Source: Terriglobia bacterium (GTDB lineage Bacteria; Acidobacteriota; Terriglobia; Bryobacterales; Bryobacteraceae). Taken from it: DNA of 64,000 nt. The notes under the pieces are model-generated. The model ran no database searches. It was not told the DNA's origin and saw only the letters and a list, made by a program, of their open reading frames with translations. Each line of letters opens with the position of its first letter. Within the stretch, counting starts at the first letter, position 1. The position numbers were made by a program, and so were the translations under genes. Shown one piece after another: positions 19,519 through 29,418 of this stretch. The DNA is taken from the NCBI GenBank assembly GCA_963758445.1, contig CAVWVR010000005.1, forward strand, positions 21,414 to 85,413, given 5' to 3'.

Positions 19519-20958
19519 TTGATGACCCCGGCACTTAGAACCACCAATCGAATGCTGTTGTTGACGTTTCTGGTTGGCTCCTGCGTTTTCGCGCAAAAAC
19601 CGCCCGCCAAGCCAAATCCGCAAAAGATGGATGTATTGCGTCAGCTTAGTGGGTCGTTCGAAGAGATTTCTCAACATTCCGGACGCGCCGTCGTTCAGAT
19701 TTTCGTTCAAAGTTACACGACGCCCGGCGACTCGGAGAGCGGCAACGAATTATTGACCGCCCAAAACAGCAGCGGTTCCGGCATCGTCCTCAGCCCCGAC
19801 GGCTACATACTTACCAACGCGCACGTGGTGAAGAATGCGCACAGCGTCAAAGTGCAGTTGAACATTCGAGCCGCGGCCGACGCGGACGAGGAGGGTGATC
19901 GGACGATGAATCGGCCGTTGCCGGGGACGCTGGTCGGAATCGATCGCGAAAGCGATCTCGCGGTCGTGAAGATCGATCGAAAGAACCTTCCCTACCTTGA
20001 ATTCGGCGATTCCGACGAGCTCAAGCAAGGTCAAATTGTGCTCGCGCTGGGCAACCCGCTCGGCTTAGATAACTCTGTCAGCTTTGGCGTTGTCAGCGCG
20101 GTAGCGCGGCAAATTAAGGTCGACGATCCCATGGTCTATGTGCAAACGGACGCTCCCATCAATCCAGGCAATAGCGGCGGTCCGCTGGTAGACGCGGACG
20201 GCCATGTAATGGGCATCAACACGTTCATCCTTACTCAATCCGGCGGAAGTGAAGGCATTGGCTTCGCAATTCCCAGCAATCTTGCTAAACAGGTATTCGC
20301 ACAACTGAAGACGCAGGGCCATGTTCATCGCGCTCAACTGGGTATCTATGCGGAGACGATTACTCCCGCTTTGTCCGATGGGCTTGATCTCCCGACCGCC
20401 CACGGTGTTTTGGTATCCGATTTGCGATCGGACAGCGCAGCCGATCAGGCAGGTATAAAGGCCGATGACATCATCACAGGTCTCAACGGCCGCCGCATTG
20501 CGAGCGTTCAGGAACTGAACTCCTTGATCTATCGGCTCTCTCCCGGGACAAAGGTCAATCTGCGCGTACAGCGTGGCGGCGAACAACTCGATCTGCCGGT
20601 GGTCACGGAAGAACAATCGGGGGAAGAACTCGACGCGCTTGCCGATATAGTTGATCCTGTTAAGAACGTCGTGCCGGAGCTCGGCATAGTGGGGCTGGAC
20701 ATTAACAAACAGGTTCTGGAACTCATGCCTGATCTGCGCCGACCGGCGGGTGTCGTCGTAGTCGCGCGTAGACCAAGCCCGGCATTCTCCGGAACGGCGC
20801 TGCAGACCGGCGACGTCATCTACGAAATGAATAGGCAAACGGTTACGAACGTCGAAGGGCTGCGTAAAATGGTGGCCCACCTCAAGCCTGCACAACCAGC
20901 TGTGCTACTGGTGGAACGCGAAGGCCACATGATCTACGTTCCATTCGAACTGGATTAA
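19519..20958 (+). CDS. htrA: Periplasmic serine endoprotease DegP/HtrA (trypsin domain + 2 PDZ)
   Basis: Signal peptide. Catalytic-triad context TNAHVV ... GNSGGPL. Two PDZ-like regions in the C-terminal half. Confidence 0.9.
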   Translation: MMTPALRTTNRMLLLTFLVGSCVFAQKPPAKPNPQKMDVLRQLSGSFEEISQHSGRAVVQIFVQSYTTPGDSESGNELLTAQNSSGSGIVLSPDGYILTNAHVVKNAHSVKVQLNIRAAADADEEGDRTMNRPLPGTLVGIDRESDLAVVKIDRKNLPYLEFGDSDELKQGQIVLALGNPLGLDNSVSFGVVSAVARQIKVDDPMVYVQTDAPINPGNSGGPLVDADGHVMGINTFILTQSGGSEGIGFAIPSNLAKQVFAQLKTQGHVHRAQLGIYAETITPALSDGLDLPTAHGVLVSDLRSDSAADQAGIKADDIITGLNGRRIASVQELNSLIYRLSPGTKVNLRVQRGGEQLDLPVVTEEQSGEELDALADIVDPVKNVVPELGIVGLDINKQVLELMPDLRRPAGVVVVARRPSPAFSGTALQTGDVIYEMNRQTVTNVEGLRKMVAHLKPAQPAVLLVEREGHMIYVPFELD

Positions 20959-20974
20959 CACGCCCCTTGCTACC

Positions 20975-21964
20975 GTGAGGAAGGAAATGAATCACGGTCC
21001 TGTCTCTAGTTTCATTGAACATCACTTTCGTCACTTCAACGCCGCCACTTTGGTAGAGGCTTCCGATGCGTTTGTGACGCACTTGGCAAATGGCGGCAAG
21101 ATGTTGCTCACGATGGCCGGTGCGATGAGCACTGCAGAACTAGGCGTTTCTCTTGCCGAGATGATCCGGCAGGAAAAAATCCACGGCATTTGTTGTACCG
21201 GCGCGAACCTGGAAGAAGATGTGTTCAACTTAGTCGCTCACGATTTCTATGAGCGTGTTCCGCATTGGCGCGATCTGAGACCGGAAGACGAGCAGGGTCT
21301 GCTGGAGCGCCACATGAATCGCGTCACCGACACATGTATCCCGGAAGAAGAAGCGATGCGGCGCATCGAAGGCGTGATCCTCAAAGATTGGATGGCTGCC
21401 GACCACAACGGCGACCACTATTTCCCGCACCAGTTTTTCTATCGCATTCTGCAGTCGCCTGATTTGCAGAAGAGCTTTCAAATCGACGTGAAAGATAGCT
21501 GGCTGTACGCCGCCATGGAACGCAACCTGCCCATGTTTGTGCCCGGCTGGGAAGATTCCACGCTGGGCAACATGTACGCTGGCCATTGCATCTCAGGCGA
21601 TGTCAAGAATGTGCACACCGTGCGTACCGGCATCGAGTACATGATTTCTCTTGCCGATTGGTACACCCAAACGTCGAAAGAAAGTTCGATTGGTTTTTTT
21701 CAAATTGGCGGCGGAATCGCGGGCGATTTCCCCATCTGCGTAGTGCCTATGCTGCGCCAGGATCTGGAACGCGAAGACACGCCGCTGTGGGGCTACTTTT
21801 GCCAGATCAGCGATTCCACGACCAGCTACGGGTCATATTCCGGCGCCATACCCAACGAAAAAATCACTTGGGAAAAACTGTCCATCGACACGCCGAAATT
21901 CGTGATCGAATCGGACGCGTCTATCGTCGCGCCGCTTGTGTTTGCTCGAGTCTTGGGTTGGTAG
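20975..21964 (+). CDS. Deoxyhypusine-synthase-like protein (homospermidine-synthase-like family)
   Basis: 329 aa, global similarity to the DHS-like NAD-binding fold (GICCTGANLEEDVF, FQIGGGIAGDFP). Confidence 0.65.
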   Translation: MRKEMNHGPVSSFIEHHFRHFNAATLVEASDAFVTHLANGGKMLLTMAGAMSTAELGVSLAEMIRQEKIHGICCTGANLEEDVFNLVAHDFYERVPHWRDLRPEDEQGLLERHMNRVTDTCIPEEEAMRRIEGVILKDWMAADHNGDHYFPHQFFYRILQSPDLQKSFQIDVKDSWLYAAMERNLPMFVPGWEDSTLGNMYAGHCISGDVKNVHTVRTGIEYMISLADWYTQTSKESSIGFFQIGGGIAGDFPICVVPMLRQDLEREDTPLWGYFCQISDSTTSYGSYSGAIPNEKITWEKLSIDTPKFVIESDASIVAPLVFARVLGW

Positions 21965-22838
21965 CCGTCGCTTCCTGAATCAGGCGTTTCGTTTGCGCCA
22001 GTTCGTTGCCAGCAAGTTGCAGCCGCGGACCGCGAACCCGGCTGTTACCCATCCCAACTTCTTCCTGAACCAGCTTGATGAGCTGCACGAACTTTGGAAC
22101 CGTATCCAGACGCAGTAGCGGCAAGAACCAGCGATAGAGTTCGAACGCTTCGTCGCGCTTCCCTTGCAGCGCGAGATTAAACAGCTCCACCGACTCTATG
22201 GGAAATGCATTCGCTAATCCGGCGATCCAGCCCACCGCACCCGCATACACCGACTCGACGATCACATCATCGACGCCGCAGAAAATCGTGAGCCGGTCAC
22301 CGGCAATGGCACGCAACGCGCTGATACGGCGCACATCGGCGCTCGATTCTTTGATCGCATGCAGGTTCGAATATTCGCCGAGAAGTTCATTGACGTGTTC
22401 GGGCAGAAAATCCGTTGTGTAGGCGATGGGGTTGTTGTAAAGCATCGCCGAAAGAGACGTGGCTTCGAGTACGGCGCCCACGTGCGCCTTCATCTCCCGC
22501 CAGTCGCCGACATAGACATAGGGTGGCAGTACCATGATGCCGCTGCAGCCAACTGATTCGGCAGTTTGTGCGATCGACGCGGCTTCGGCGGTGCCGAGCG
22601 AAGAAATGCCGGAGACCACGAATGCGCGTTCTCCAATTGCCTTGACGCAAGTCTCAAGCACGCGATTCTTTTCTTCTCGTGTCAGTGTCGCGCCTTCGCC
22701 CAGCGAGCCTAAAGCGACTACGCCTTTGCAGCCGTTCTCAATCAGCCATTTGCAATGCGCTGTAAGAAAGCCGAAGTCGATAGAAAGATCCTGATTGAAC
22801 GGCGTCGTGATCGCCGGGATTACTCCTTGCCACTGCAT
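21921..22838 (-). CDS. Dihydrodipicolinate-synthase-family enzyme; candidate 1-pyrroline-4-hydroxy-2-carboxylate deaminase
   Basis: DapA/NAL-family TIM-barrel motifs (GVIPAITTPF, GSLGEGATLTREEK). Last gene of the operon with the FAD/2Fe-2S dehydrogenase subunits. Start chosen at an internal ATG. Confidence 0.7.
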   Translation of the reverse strand: MQWQGVIPAITTPFNQDLSIDFGFLTAHCKWLIENGCKGVVALGSLGEGATLTREEKNRVLETCVKAIGERAFVVSGISSLGTAEAASIAQTAESVGCSGIMVLPPYVYVGDWREMKAHVGAVLEATSLSAMLYNNPIAYTTDFLPEHVNELLGEYSNLHAIKESSADVRRISALRAIAGDRLTIFCGVDDVIVESVYAGAVGWIAGLANAFPIESVELFNLALQGKRDEAFELYRWFLPLLRLDTVPKFVQLIKLVQEEVGMGNSRVRGPRLQLAGNELAQTKRLIQEATATNPRLEQTQAARR

Positions 22839-24013
22839 ACAGCCAATGTTCCCAAACGCGCGGGAAAAACCGGAGGCCGAATAGATTCCGTGCGCCATCC
22901 AAACAGAAAATCCGCTGCCGGCCCGCACACCCTTCCCTGGCACGGCCCCATGCCGCAGCGCGCGTGCAACTTGGCTTCGCGAAATGATGCGACCTGCTGC
23001 AAGCGACTAAACGTGACGTCTTCGCAGCGGCAGACGATCGTGTCCGGGCGTGGAAGCCGCTTCAATTCGTCGCGCACCTCGAACGTAGAATCGAGCGCGG
23101 ACGCAAATGTCTGTGCTCGCATACGGCGGGCGAATAGCTTTCGCGCTTTGTCGATCTGCCCGGCTGCCGCGTAGCCTGCGATTTCACCTTCTACAATCGA
23201 CAGATCGACGCCGCCGACGCCGCCTGCGCTATAAACGTTCTCTACTGAGGTGCTCTGAAATTGATCGACCACAGCAGTTCCGGTGAGGCGACAACCGAGT
23301 AGCGCCGCCAACTCTGTATTCGGACATAGACCGAATGCAACCGCTGCGTAATCGCAGTTTTCCGTCCAGGTCCTCTGACCTCGGCGCAGTCTGACGCTGT
23401 GCAGTTTGCCGTCCCCAAGAGCTTCCTCAATCCAGCAGTCTTGCAGATACGGCACGCCGAGTAATCGAGACTGCAGCGCAATCGCTTGGGCCAATTTGCC
23501 CGGTTCACTAATCAAGCGCGACGCGAACCGAATCAGATTCGCGCGGGGCGCCTGCTCCGCAATCAATTTGATCTGCGCTCCATGGCTGCGGAGGTGCGCC
23601 GCCACGGCCAAGAGCAATGGACCGCTGCCTGCGACTACGATCTTCTTCCCAGCAATCGGCAAACCCGATTTCGCCATGCCTTGGAGCCCACCGACGCCGA
23701 AGACGCCCGGCAATGTCCAACCCGGGAATGGCAGAAAGATCTCGCGCGCACCAGTCGCGATGATGAGCTTGCGCGGGCGCACCTCCCAGGGTTCGGTTCC
23801 CTCGACCACCAGCTTCAACGGATTCGCATCGGCTGATACGACGCGGCAATCGAATACGCCGGAGGGTAAGCGTCGGTCACTGCCGCGCCAGATTTGCCCG
23901 CCCGGGCCGGAATTGTCATCCAAAACGAGAACACGCGCTCCGCTGGCTTCTGCTTTTGTGGCCGCAGCTATGCCAGCCGGTCCGGCGCCGACTACTGCGA
24001 TGTCGGTGCGCAT
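22820..24013 (-). CDS. FAD/NAD(P)-binding oxidoreductase subunit with a C-terminal BFD-like [2Fe-2S] domain (opine-oxidase subunit A / D-hydroxyproline dehydrogenase alpha-like)
   Basis: DIAVVGAGPAGIAAA Rossmann motif. C-terminal CRCEDV...CGMGPCQGRVC cysteine cluster. Start and stop overlap the upstream gene as TAATG. Confidence 0.7.
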   Translation of the reverse strand: MRTDIAVVGAGPAGIAAATKAEASGARVLVLDDNSGPGGQIWRGSDRRLPSGVFDCRVVSADANPLKLVVEGTEPWEVRPRKLIIATGAREIFLPFPGWTLPGVFGVGGLQGMAKSGLPIAGKKIVVAGSGPLLLAVAAHLRSHGAQIKLIAEQAPRANLIRFASRLISEPGKLAQAIALQSRLLGVPYLQDCWIEEALGDGKLHSVRLRRGQRTWTENCDYAAVAFGLCPNTELAALLGCRLTGTAVVDQFQSTSVENVYSAGGVGGVDLSIVEGEIAGYAAAGQIDKARKLFARRMRAQTFASALDSTFEVRDELKRLPRPDTIVCRCEDVTFSRLQQVASFREAKLHARCGMGPCQGRVCGPAADFLFGWRTESIRPPVFPARLGTLAVCSGKE

Positions 24014-24261
24014 TACGTCGTCCGAATCCTCATCCCGGGCCTCACAAAAATTTGGCAGCTTCGGCAATGCGGCTCGTCATCAATCGTCACGCGGCATTCG
24101 AAGCAAATGCCCATGCCGCACAGCGCAGCGCGCGGCTCGCCGCTGATTGAGTGTCGAAAGGCGGTCTCGCCCGCGATGAATACGGCCGCTGCTACTGACG
24201 TTCCCTCGGGAACTCGTAACGCTCGCCCATTCACATCGACGTCAACAAGCTCAGGCATGCA
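24013..24261 (-). CDS. Small (2Fe-2S)-binding subunit
   Basis: About 83 aa with CGMGICFEC...C cysteine pattern. Sits between the two FAD subunit genes. Confidence 0.7.
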   Translation of the reverse strand, partial: CMPELVDVDVNGRALRVPEGTSVAAAVFIAGETAFRHSISGEPRAALCGMGICFECRVTIDDEPHCRSCQIFVRPGMRIRTT

Positions 24262-25384
24262 GCGCATACCGCCGCTCCGGGCTGTATGCCTCACGAGAGA
24301 TTGCGGACTCGCGCCCGAGAATCGAATCGGCCAGCAATCGCGCTGTTGCGAGAGAAGTGGAGATCCCTAGACCTTCGTGTCCCGTCGCCAGATACACATT
24401 CTGATGACCAGGACACGGCCCAATCAGCGGCAGCTTGTCCGGCGTAGCTGCCCGAAATCCCGTCCAGGTGCGAATCGCCGACATCTGTTCCAGCGCCGGC
24501 ATGTATTCAAACGCGCGCTGCAGCATGCGTCGCAGAATATGCGCGTCAATTTGCGGATCTTCCACTCCAAATTGTCGCGATGATCCCAAAAGAATTTGTC
24601 CCGTCATGCGGGGCTGCGCATTGAACGCTACTGAATCGCCCGTGCTCGAATGGGCGCTCTTCAGATACCCGAGTTCAATCAATTGATGCCGCACGAAATT
24701 TGGATAACGATCCGTGATGAGCAAGTGACCTTTCCGAGGCCGCACTTCGACCTCCGGTACAAGCTCCGCAGCCGCCGCGCCTGTCGCGAGTACCGTAAAT
24801 CCCGCCGTAATCCGGGTATCGGAAAGCTTCTCAATTCGTTTGCCCAGGAAAACCGTGATCCGCTCCGATTGCAACAGATATTTCGCCGCGCAAGGCGGAT
24901 AAATCACGCTATCGGCGGGCATCAACAACCCGCCAACCAAACCGCGCCGCAGATTCGGCTCCGCCTCCGCGAGCTGCTGCGAGTCGAGAATCTCAACCGG
25001 TATGCCGCGTTCGGAATAGAAGCGATATTTACGCTCGACTTCCCCAAATTCTTCCTCATCCGCCGCAACCCATAGCGACCCGCACGGAAGATATTCCGCA
25101 TCTTTTGGAAGCTGATCCGCCATTTCGCGCCAGAGTTTTTGCGAATAACTCGTCAGCGCGAACTGCGCATCCGAATCATCCATCACAGCCAAATGACCCA
25201 TGCCAGCCGCTGTCGCGCCGCCGCCCACGACATCGCTTTGTTCACATACGGCAACCCGCAGCCCCGCTTCCGCAAATTCGCGCGCGCAGGCAGCTCCAAC
25301 AATTCCCGCCCCCACAATCAGCGCGTCGAAGGAACCTAAGGCCACTGGATTTAGAATGCCATTTACGTCACTTTCCAAGACCAT
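24251..25384 (-). CDS. FAD-dependent oxidoreductase (DadA / D-amino-acid or D-hydroxyproline dehydrogenase beta-subunit-like)
   Basis: ALIVGAGIVGAACAREFAEAGLRVAVCE is the FAD-binding GxGxxG motif. DAO-family length. Confidence 0.75.
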   Translation of the reverse strand: MVLESDVNGILNPVALGSFDALIVGAGIVGAACAREFAEAGLRVAVCEQSDVVGGGATAAGMGHLAVMDDSDAQFALTSYSQKLWREMADQLPKDAEYLPCGSLWVAADEEEFGEVERKYRFYSERGIPVEILDSQQLAEAEPNLRRGLVGGLLMPADSVIYPPCAAKYLLQSERITVFLGKRIEKLSDTRITAGFTVLATGAAAAELVPEVEVRPRKGHLLITDRYPNFVRHQLIELGYLKSAHSSTGDSVAFNAQPRMTGQILLGSSRQFGVEDPQIDAHILRRMLQRAFEYMPALEQMSAIRTWTGFRAATPDKLPLIGPCPGHQNVYLATGHEGLGISTSLATARLLADSILGRESAISREAYSPERRYALHA

Positions 25385-26324
25385 TCACGTAATCGACTCG
25401 CATACAGGCGGCGAGCCCACGCGCATAGTTATCGATGGCGGTCCACCTTTAGAGTCCGGCACTGTCGCCCAGCAACTCCATGAATTTCGCAGCCATTACG
25501 ATCATTGGCGCTCGGCCATCGTGAACGAACCGCGCGGCTCCGATGCCATCGTCGGCGCTCTCTTGTGCGAGCCACGCGACCCATCGTGCTGTGCCGGAGT
25601 GATCTTCTTTAATAACGTCGGTTACCTTGGCATGTGCGGGCACGGCACTATTGGCCTCGCGGTTACGCTGCAGTATCTCGGCAGAATCCAACCCGGTCTG
25701 CACAGGATTGAAACTCCGGTCGGCATTGTTGAAGCGCTGCTTCACGAAAACAACGAAGTCACCGTTTTCAATGTCCCCAGCTACCGCTCGGCTACTGGCG
25801 TCTCCATCGAAGTGGAAGGTTTCGGAAAAGTCGCGGGCGACGTCGCTTGGGGTGGCAATTGGTTTTTCCTGACTTACGATCTTCCATTCGAGCTCTCCCT
25901 CTCCAATCTCGATCGGCTCTCCGATTACACATGGCGAATCCGGCAAGCACTCAGTCGCGATGGCATCACTGGCGCCGATGGCGGAGAGATTGACCACATT
26001 GAGGTCTATGGCCCTGCTACCCGGCCAGACGCCAACAGCAAAAACTTTGTTCTATGCCCAGGACGCAGTTACGACCGTTCGCCGTGCGGCACCGGCACCA
26101 GCGCCAAGCTTGCATGTCTATACGCCGATGGCAAATTGCGCGAAGGCGAGAAGTGGCGGCAGGAAAGCTTCGTCGGCAGCATCTTCGAAGCCTCATTCGA
26201 AATTCGGGACAGTCACCTCAATCCCCAAATTCGCGGCGCAGCCTTTGTCAACGCCGATTCAAAGTTGATCCTGAATGACCTTGACCCATTTCGATGGGGC
26301 ATCACGGCCGACTGCTTAGAATAA
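25356..26324 (+). CDS. Proline racemase family protein with a Cys/Cys catalytic pair; candidate 4-hydroxyproline 2-epimerase
   Basis: SHTGGEPTRI family motif. Catalytic Cys in MCGHG (aa 94) and in DRSPCGTGTS (aa 244, nt 26085-26087). Start chosen at internal ATG 25356. Divergent from the dehydrogenase operon. Confidence 0.85.
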   Translation: MPFTSLSKTIHVIDSHTGGEPTRIVIDGGPPLESGTVAQQLHEFRSHYDHWRSAIVNEPRGSDAIVGALLCEPRDPSCCAGVIFFNNVGYLGMCGHGTIGLAVTLQYLGRIQPGLHRIETPVGIVEALLHENNEVTVFNVPSYRSATGVSIEVEGFGKVAGDVAWGGNWFFLTYDLPFELSLSNLDRLSDYTWRIRQALSRDGITGADGGEIDHIEVYGPATRPDANSKNFVLCPGRSYDRSPCGTGTSAKLACLYADGKLREGEKWRQESFVGSIFEASFEIRDSHLNPQIRGAAFVNADSKLILNDLDPFRWGITADCLE

Positions 26325-26334
26325 GTAAATCCCC

Positions 26335-29300
26335 ATGAGACAGCTACACGCATGCGCCGCGTGCTTACTGACAGCTTCATTCGCGGTCTTCGCCCAAACT
26401 TACGACACCAAACTATATGGCGACATGAAGTGGCGCGAGATTGGACCTTATCGCGCCGGCCGAACCCGTGCGCTCGCCGGCGTTGCGGGCAAACCGTACA
26501 CGTTCTACATCGGCGCGGTAAACGGCGGCGTCTGGAAGACTACCGATGCCGGCCAGACCTGGGAATCTCTGTTCGACGATCAGCCCACAGGCTCAATCGG
26601 CGCGCTGGCCGTTGCGGAATCTGACCCGAACGTTATCTACGCCGGAAGCGGTGAAGGGCTGGTTCGTCCCGATCTCTCCGTCGGCGATGGTATCTACAAA
26701 TCGACGGACGGCGGCAAAACCTGGACTCATCTCGGCATACGCGATGGGCAGCAGATCCCCCACATCGCTGTTGATCGAACCAATCCGAATCGCCTCTTTG
26801 TCGCAGTTCTCGGACATCCATACGGCCCGAACGAAGAGCGCGGCATCTTCCGCTCCATGGATGGCGGTCAAACATTTCAGAAGGTCTTGTACAAAGGCCC
26901 CGATATCGGCGGCTCGGACGTGAAGATCGATCCGAATCATCCGAACGTTATCTATGCGGGCATGTGGGAATCGCGCCAAGGGCCGTGGGAAAACGGCGCC
27001 TGGACTGGAACAGGCGGCGGTCTGTTCAAATCGACCGATGGAGGCGATAACTGGACGCAGCTCAGTGGCCATGGCCTACCTGACGGGATCGTCCAGGTGG
27101 ACGTGGCCATCTCTCCGTCGAATTCAAATCGCCTCTACGCGACCATCGCTGTTGGCCGCGAGGTAGGGCTGTATCGCTCCGATGATGCGGGTGAGAACTG
27201 GACGCGCGCAACAGAGGATCCTCGTCCGGTTTTGCGCATCGGCGGCGGCGATCTGCCCGTGCCGACTGTGGATCCCAAGAATCCCGATCTCATTTACGTC
27301 TGCAGCACCGTGACCTGGCGTTCCACCGATGCGGGTAAGACTTGGTTCGGACTGCGCGGCGCGCCGGGCGGCGATGATTATCAGAGCCTTTGGATCAACC
27401 CGAACGACACCAACATTCTGCTCCTCACCAGCGATCAAGGCGCGATCGTGTCCCTCAATGGCGGCGTCAGTTGGACCACCTGGTACAACCAACCCACGGC
27501 GCAAATGTTCAAGGTCACGGTCGATAACGGCTTTCCCTGGCGCGCGTGCGGCGGCCAGCAGGATAGCGGCTCGGCTTGCGTCGCCAGCCGCGGCGACGAT
27601 GGTGAAATTACGTTTCACGATTGGCATCCTGCCGGCATAGAGGAGTACGGAACGGCCGCGCCCGACCCGCTCGATCCCGATATCGTATTCGGCGGCAAGA
27701 TCACACGCTACAACCGGCGCACGGGGCAAATCGCAGAAGTGGAGCCGAAGCCGCTCCGCGATTACCGCGTTGTCCGCACGCAGCCGCTGATCTTTTCGCA
27801 AGCCAATCCGCATGTCCTTTTCTTCGGCGCGAATACAATTTTCAAGACGCTAGACAGCGGCCGCAGTTGGACCGAAATCAGTCCTGATCTGGCTCGCAAG
27901 AGCTACGACGTTCCCAGCAGCGTCGGCAAGTACTCCGATACTCCGACGGCGAAGCCCGTGCTGCGCGGCGTTGTCTACGCCATTGCGCCTTCGCCGCTGA
28001 GCATCGACAAAATCTGGGCCGGCACCGACGACGGCCTGATCTGGATCACTTCCGACGGCGGCAAGAATTGGAACAACATCACCCCGCCCGAGCTGAAGCC
28101 CTGGTGGAAAGTCTCCGTTATCGACGCCAGCCACTTCGATTCGGCGACCGCCTACGCTGCCATCAATACGCTGCGTATCGACGATATGCGCCCGCACCTC
28201 TTTCGCACCCACGATAACGGCAAGACTTGGACCGAAATCAACAACGGCATTCCCGACGGTGCGCCAACTGACGTCATTCGTGAAGATCCGAAGCGGAAAG
28301 GGCTGCTCTTCGCCGGCACGGAGACGCAAGTCTATGTCTCATTTGACGACGGTGATCATTGGCAGAGTCTGCGCCTCAACATGCCCGCCAGCTCCGTTCG
28401 CGATCTGCAGATCAAAGGCGATGACGTAGTTGTTGCCACACATGGGCGCGGATTTCTGGTACTCGACGACATCACGCCGCTGCGTCAGATCTCGAAGCAG
28501 GTTGCGGATTCCACCGCGTACTTCTACAAGCCCGAGACAGCGCTGCGCATTCGCGGCGACATGAATCCGCCCACCCCTTGGCCGCCCGAGGTTCCAGCGG
28601 GAAAGAACCCGCCGGACGGTGCAATCATCGATTACTATCTGGGCGACAACACCTCTGGCCCGGTCACGCTTGAAATTTTGGACAGCGCGGGCAAGATGGT
28701 CAGGCGCTACGCGACTACCGATCCTTTACCACCGCCGCCCTCCACTTACCCGGTACCGCTCTACTGGGCGCGTCCACCGCAAGTGCTTTCCGAAGCCACC
28801 GGCCAGCATCGTTTTCTCTGGGATCTCCACTACCCGCCCGCGCCCGGAATGAATCAAGGTCCCGATGCCGATCAAGCCGTTCCGCATAACACGCCGTCCG
28901 CTTTCACCTCACCTTGGGTGCTGCCCGGCACTTACACCGCCAAGCTCACGGCGAATGGCCAAACGTTGACGCAATCTCTTACAGTCGCTATGGATCCGCG
29001 TGTGAAAACGCCCCTACCCGATCTGCAAGCGCAGTTCCGTGTATCGAAACAGCTCTATGAAGCCATGACTGAAACGGGCGACATCATCGAGCAGATCAAC
29101 GCTCTGCAGAAGCGAATTCAGGAGCATAGTCCCTCGGATGCACTCGCTGATTACGGCAAGAAATTGGAAGCCCTGATGGGTCGGAATGGCCCCCGAGGGG
29201 GCGGCGGCTTCGGTGGTGGCGCGAATTCTGCGGCCACTTTCTCCGGTCTTCGCGGGCAACTGGATCGCTTGCTGCACGAATTACAGAACGCCGACGTGGC

Positions 29301-29406
29301 GCCAACCAAGCAACAAGCCGCCGCTTGCGCAGCACGCATACAGAGCTTCACAACGCTCAAAGCTCAATGGACAGCGCTCAAGAACGCTCCTCCAGCCGGG
29401 ATGTGA
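26335..29406 (+). CDS. Secreted BNR/Asp-box repeat protein (GH74 / sortilin-Vps10-like glycoside-hydrolase-like)
   Basis: Signal peptide. At least 11 Asp-box motifs S-x-D-x-G-x-T-W (TDAGQTW, STDGGKTW, SMDGGQTF, STDGGDNW, SDDAGENW, STDAGKTW, TLDSGRSW, TSDGGKNW, THDNGKTW, SFDDGDHW). Confidence 0.75.
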   Translation: MRQLHACAACLLTASFAVFAQTYDTKLYGDMKWREIGPYRAGRTRALAGVAGKPYTFYIGAVNGGVWKTTDAGQTWESLFDDQPTGSIGALAVAESDPNVIYAGSGEGLVRPDLSVGDGIYKSTDGGKTWTHLGIRDGQQIPHIAVDRTNPNRLFVAVLGHPYGPNEERGIFRSMDGGQTFQKVLYKGPDIGGSDVKIDPNHPNVIYAGMWESRQGPWENGAWTGTGGGLFKSTDGGDNWTQLSGHGLPDGIVQVDVAISPSNSNRLYATIAVGREVGLYRSDDAGENWTRATEDPRPVLRIGGGDLPVPTVDPKNPDLIYVCSTVTWRSTDAGKTWFGLRGAPGGDDYQSLWINPNDTNILLLTSDQGAIVSLNGGVSWTTWYNQPTAQMFKVTVDNGFPWRACGGQQDSGSACVASRGDDGEITFHDWHPAGIEEYGTAAPDPLDPDIVFGGKITRYNRRTGQIAEVEPKPLRDYRVVRTQPLIFSQANPHVLFFGANTIFKTLDSGRSWTEISPDLARKSYDVPSSVGKYSDTPTAKPVLRGVVYAIAPSPLSIDKIWAGTDDGLIWITSDGGKNWNNITPPELKPWWKVSVIDASHFDSATAYAAINTLRIDDMRPHLFRTHDNGKTWTEINNGIPDGAPTDVIREDPKRKGLLFAGTETQVYVSFDDGDHWQSLRLNMPASSVRDLQIKGDDVVVATHGRGFLVLDDITPLRQISKQVADSTAYFYKPETALRIRGDMNPPTPWPPEVPAGKNPPDGAIIDYYLGDNTSGPVTLEILDSAGKMVRRYATTDPLPPPPSTYPVPLYWARPPQVLSEATGQHRFLWDLHYPPAPGMNQGPDADQAVPHNTPSAFTSPWVLPGTYTAKLTANGQTLTQSLTVAMDPRVKTPLPDLQAQFRVSKQLYEAMTETGDIIEQINALQKRIQEHSPSDALADYGKKLEALMGRNGPRGGGGFGGGANSAATFSGLRGQLDRLLHELQNADVAPTKQQAAACAARIQSFTTLKAQWTALKNAPPAGM

Positions 29407-29418
29407 CATCCTGAGCAA

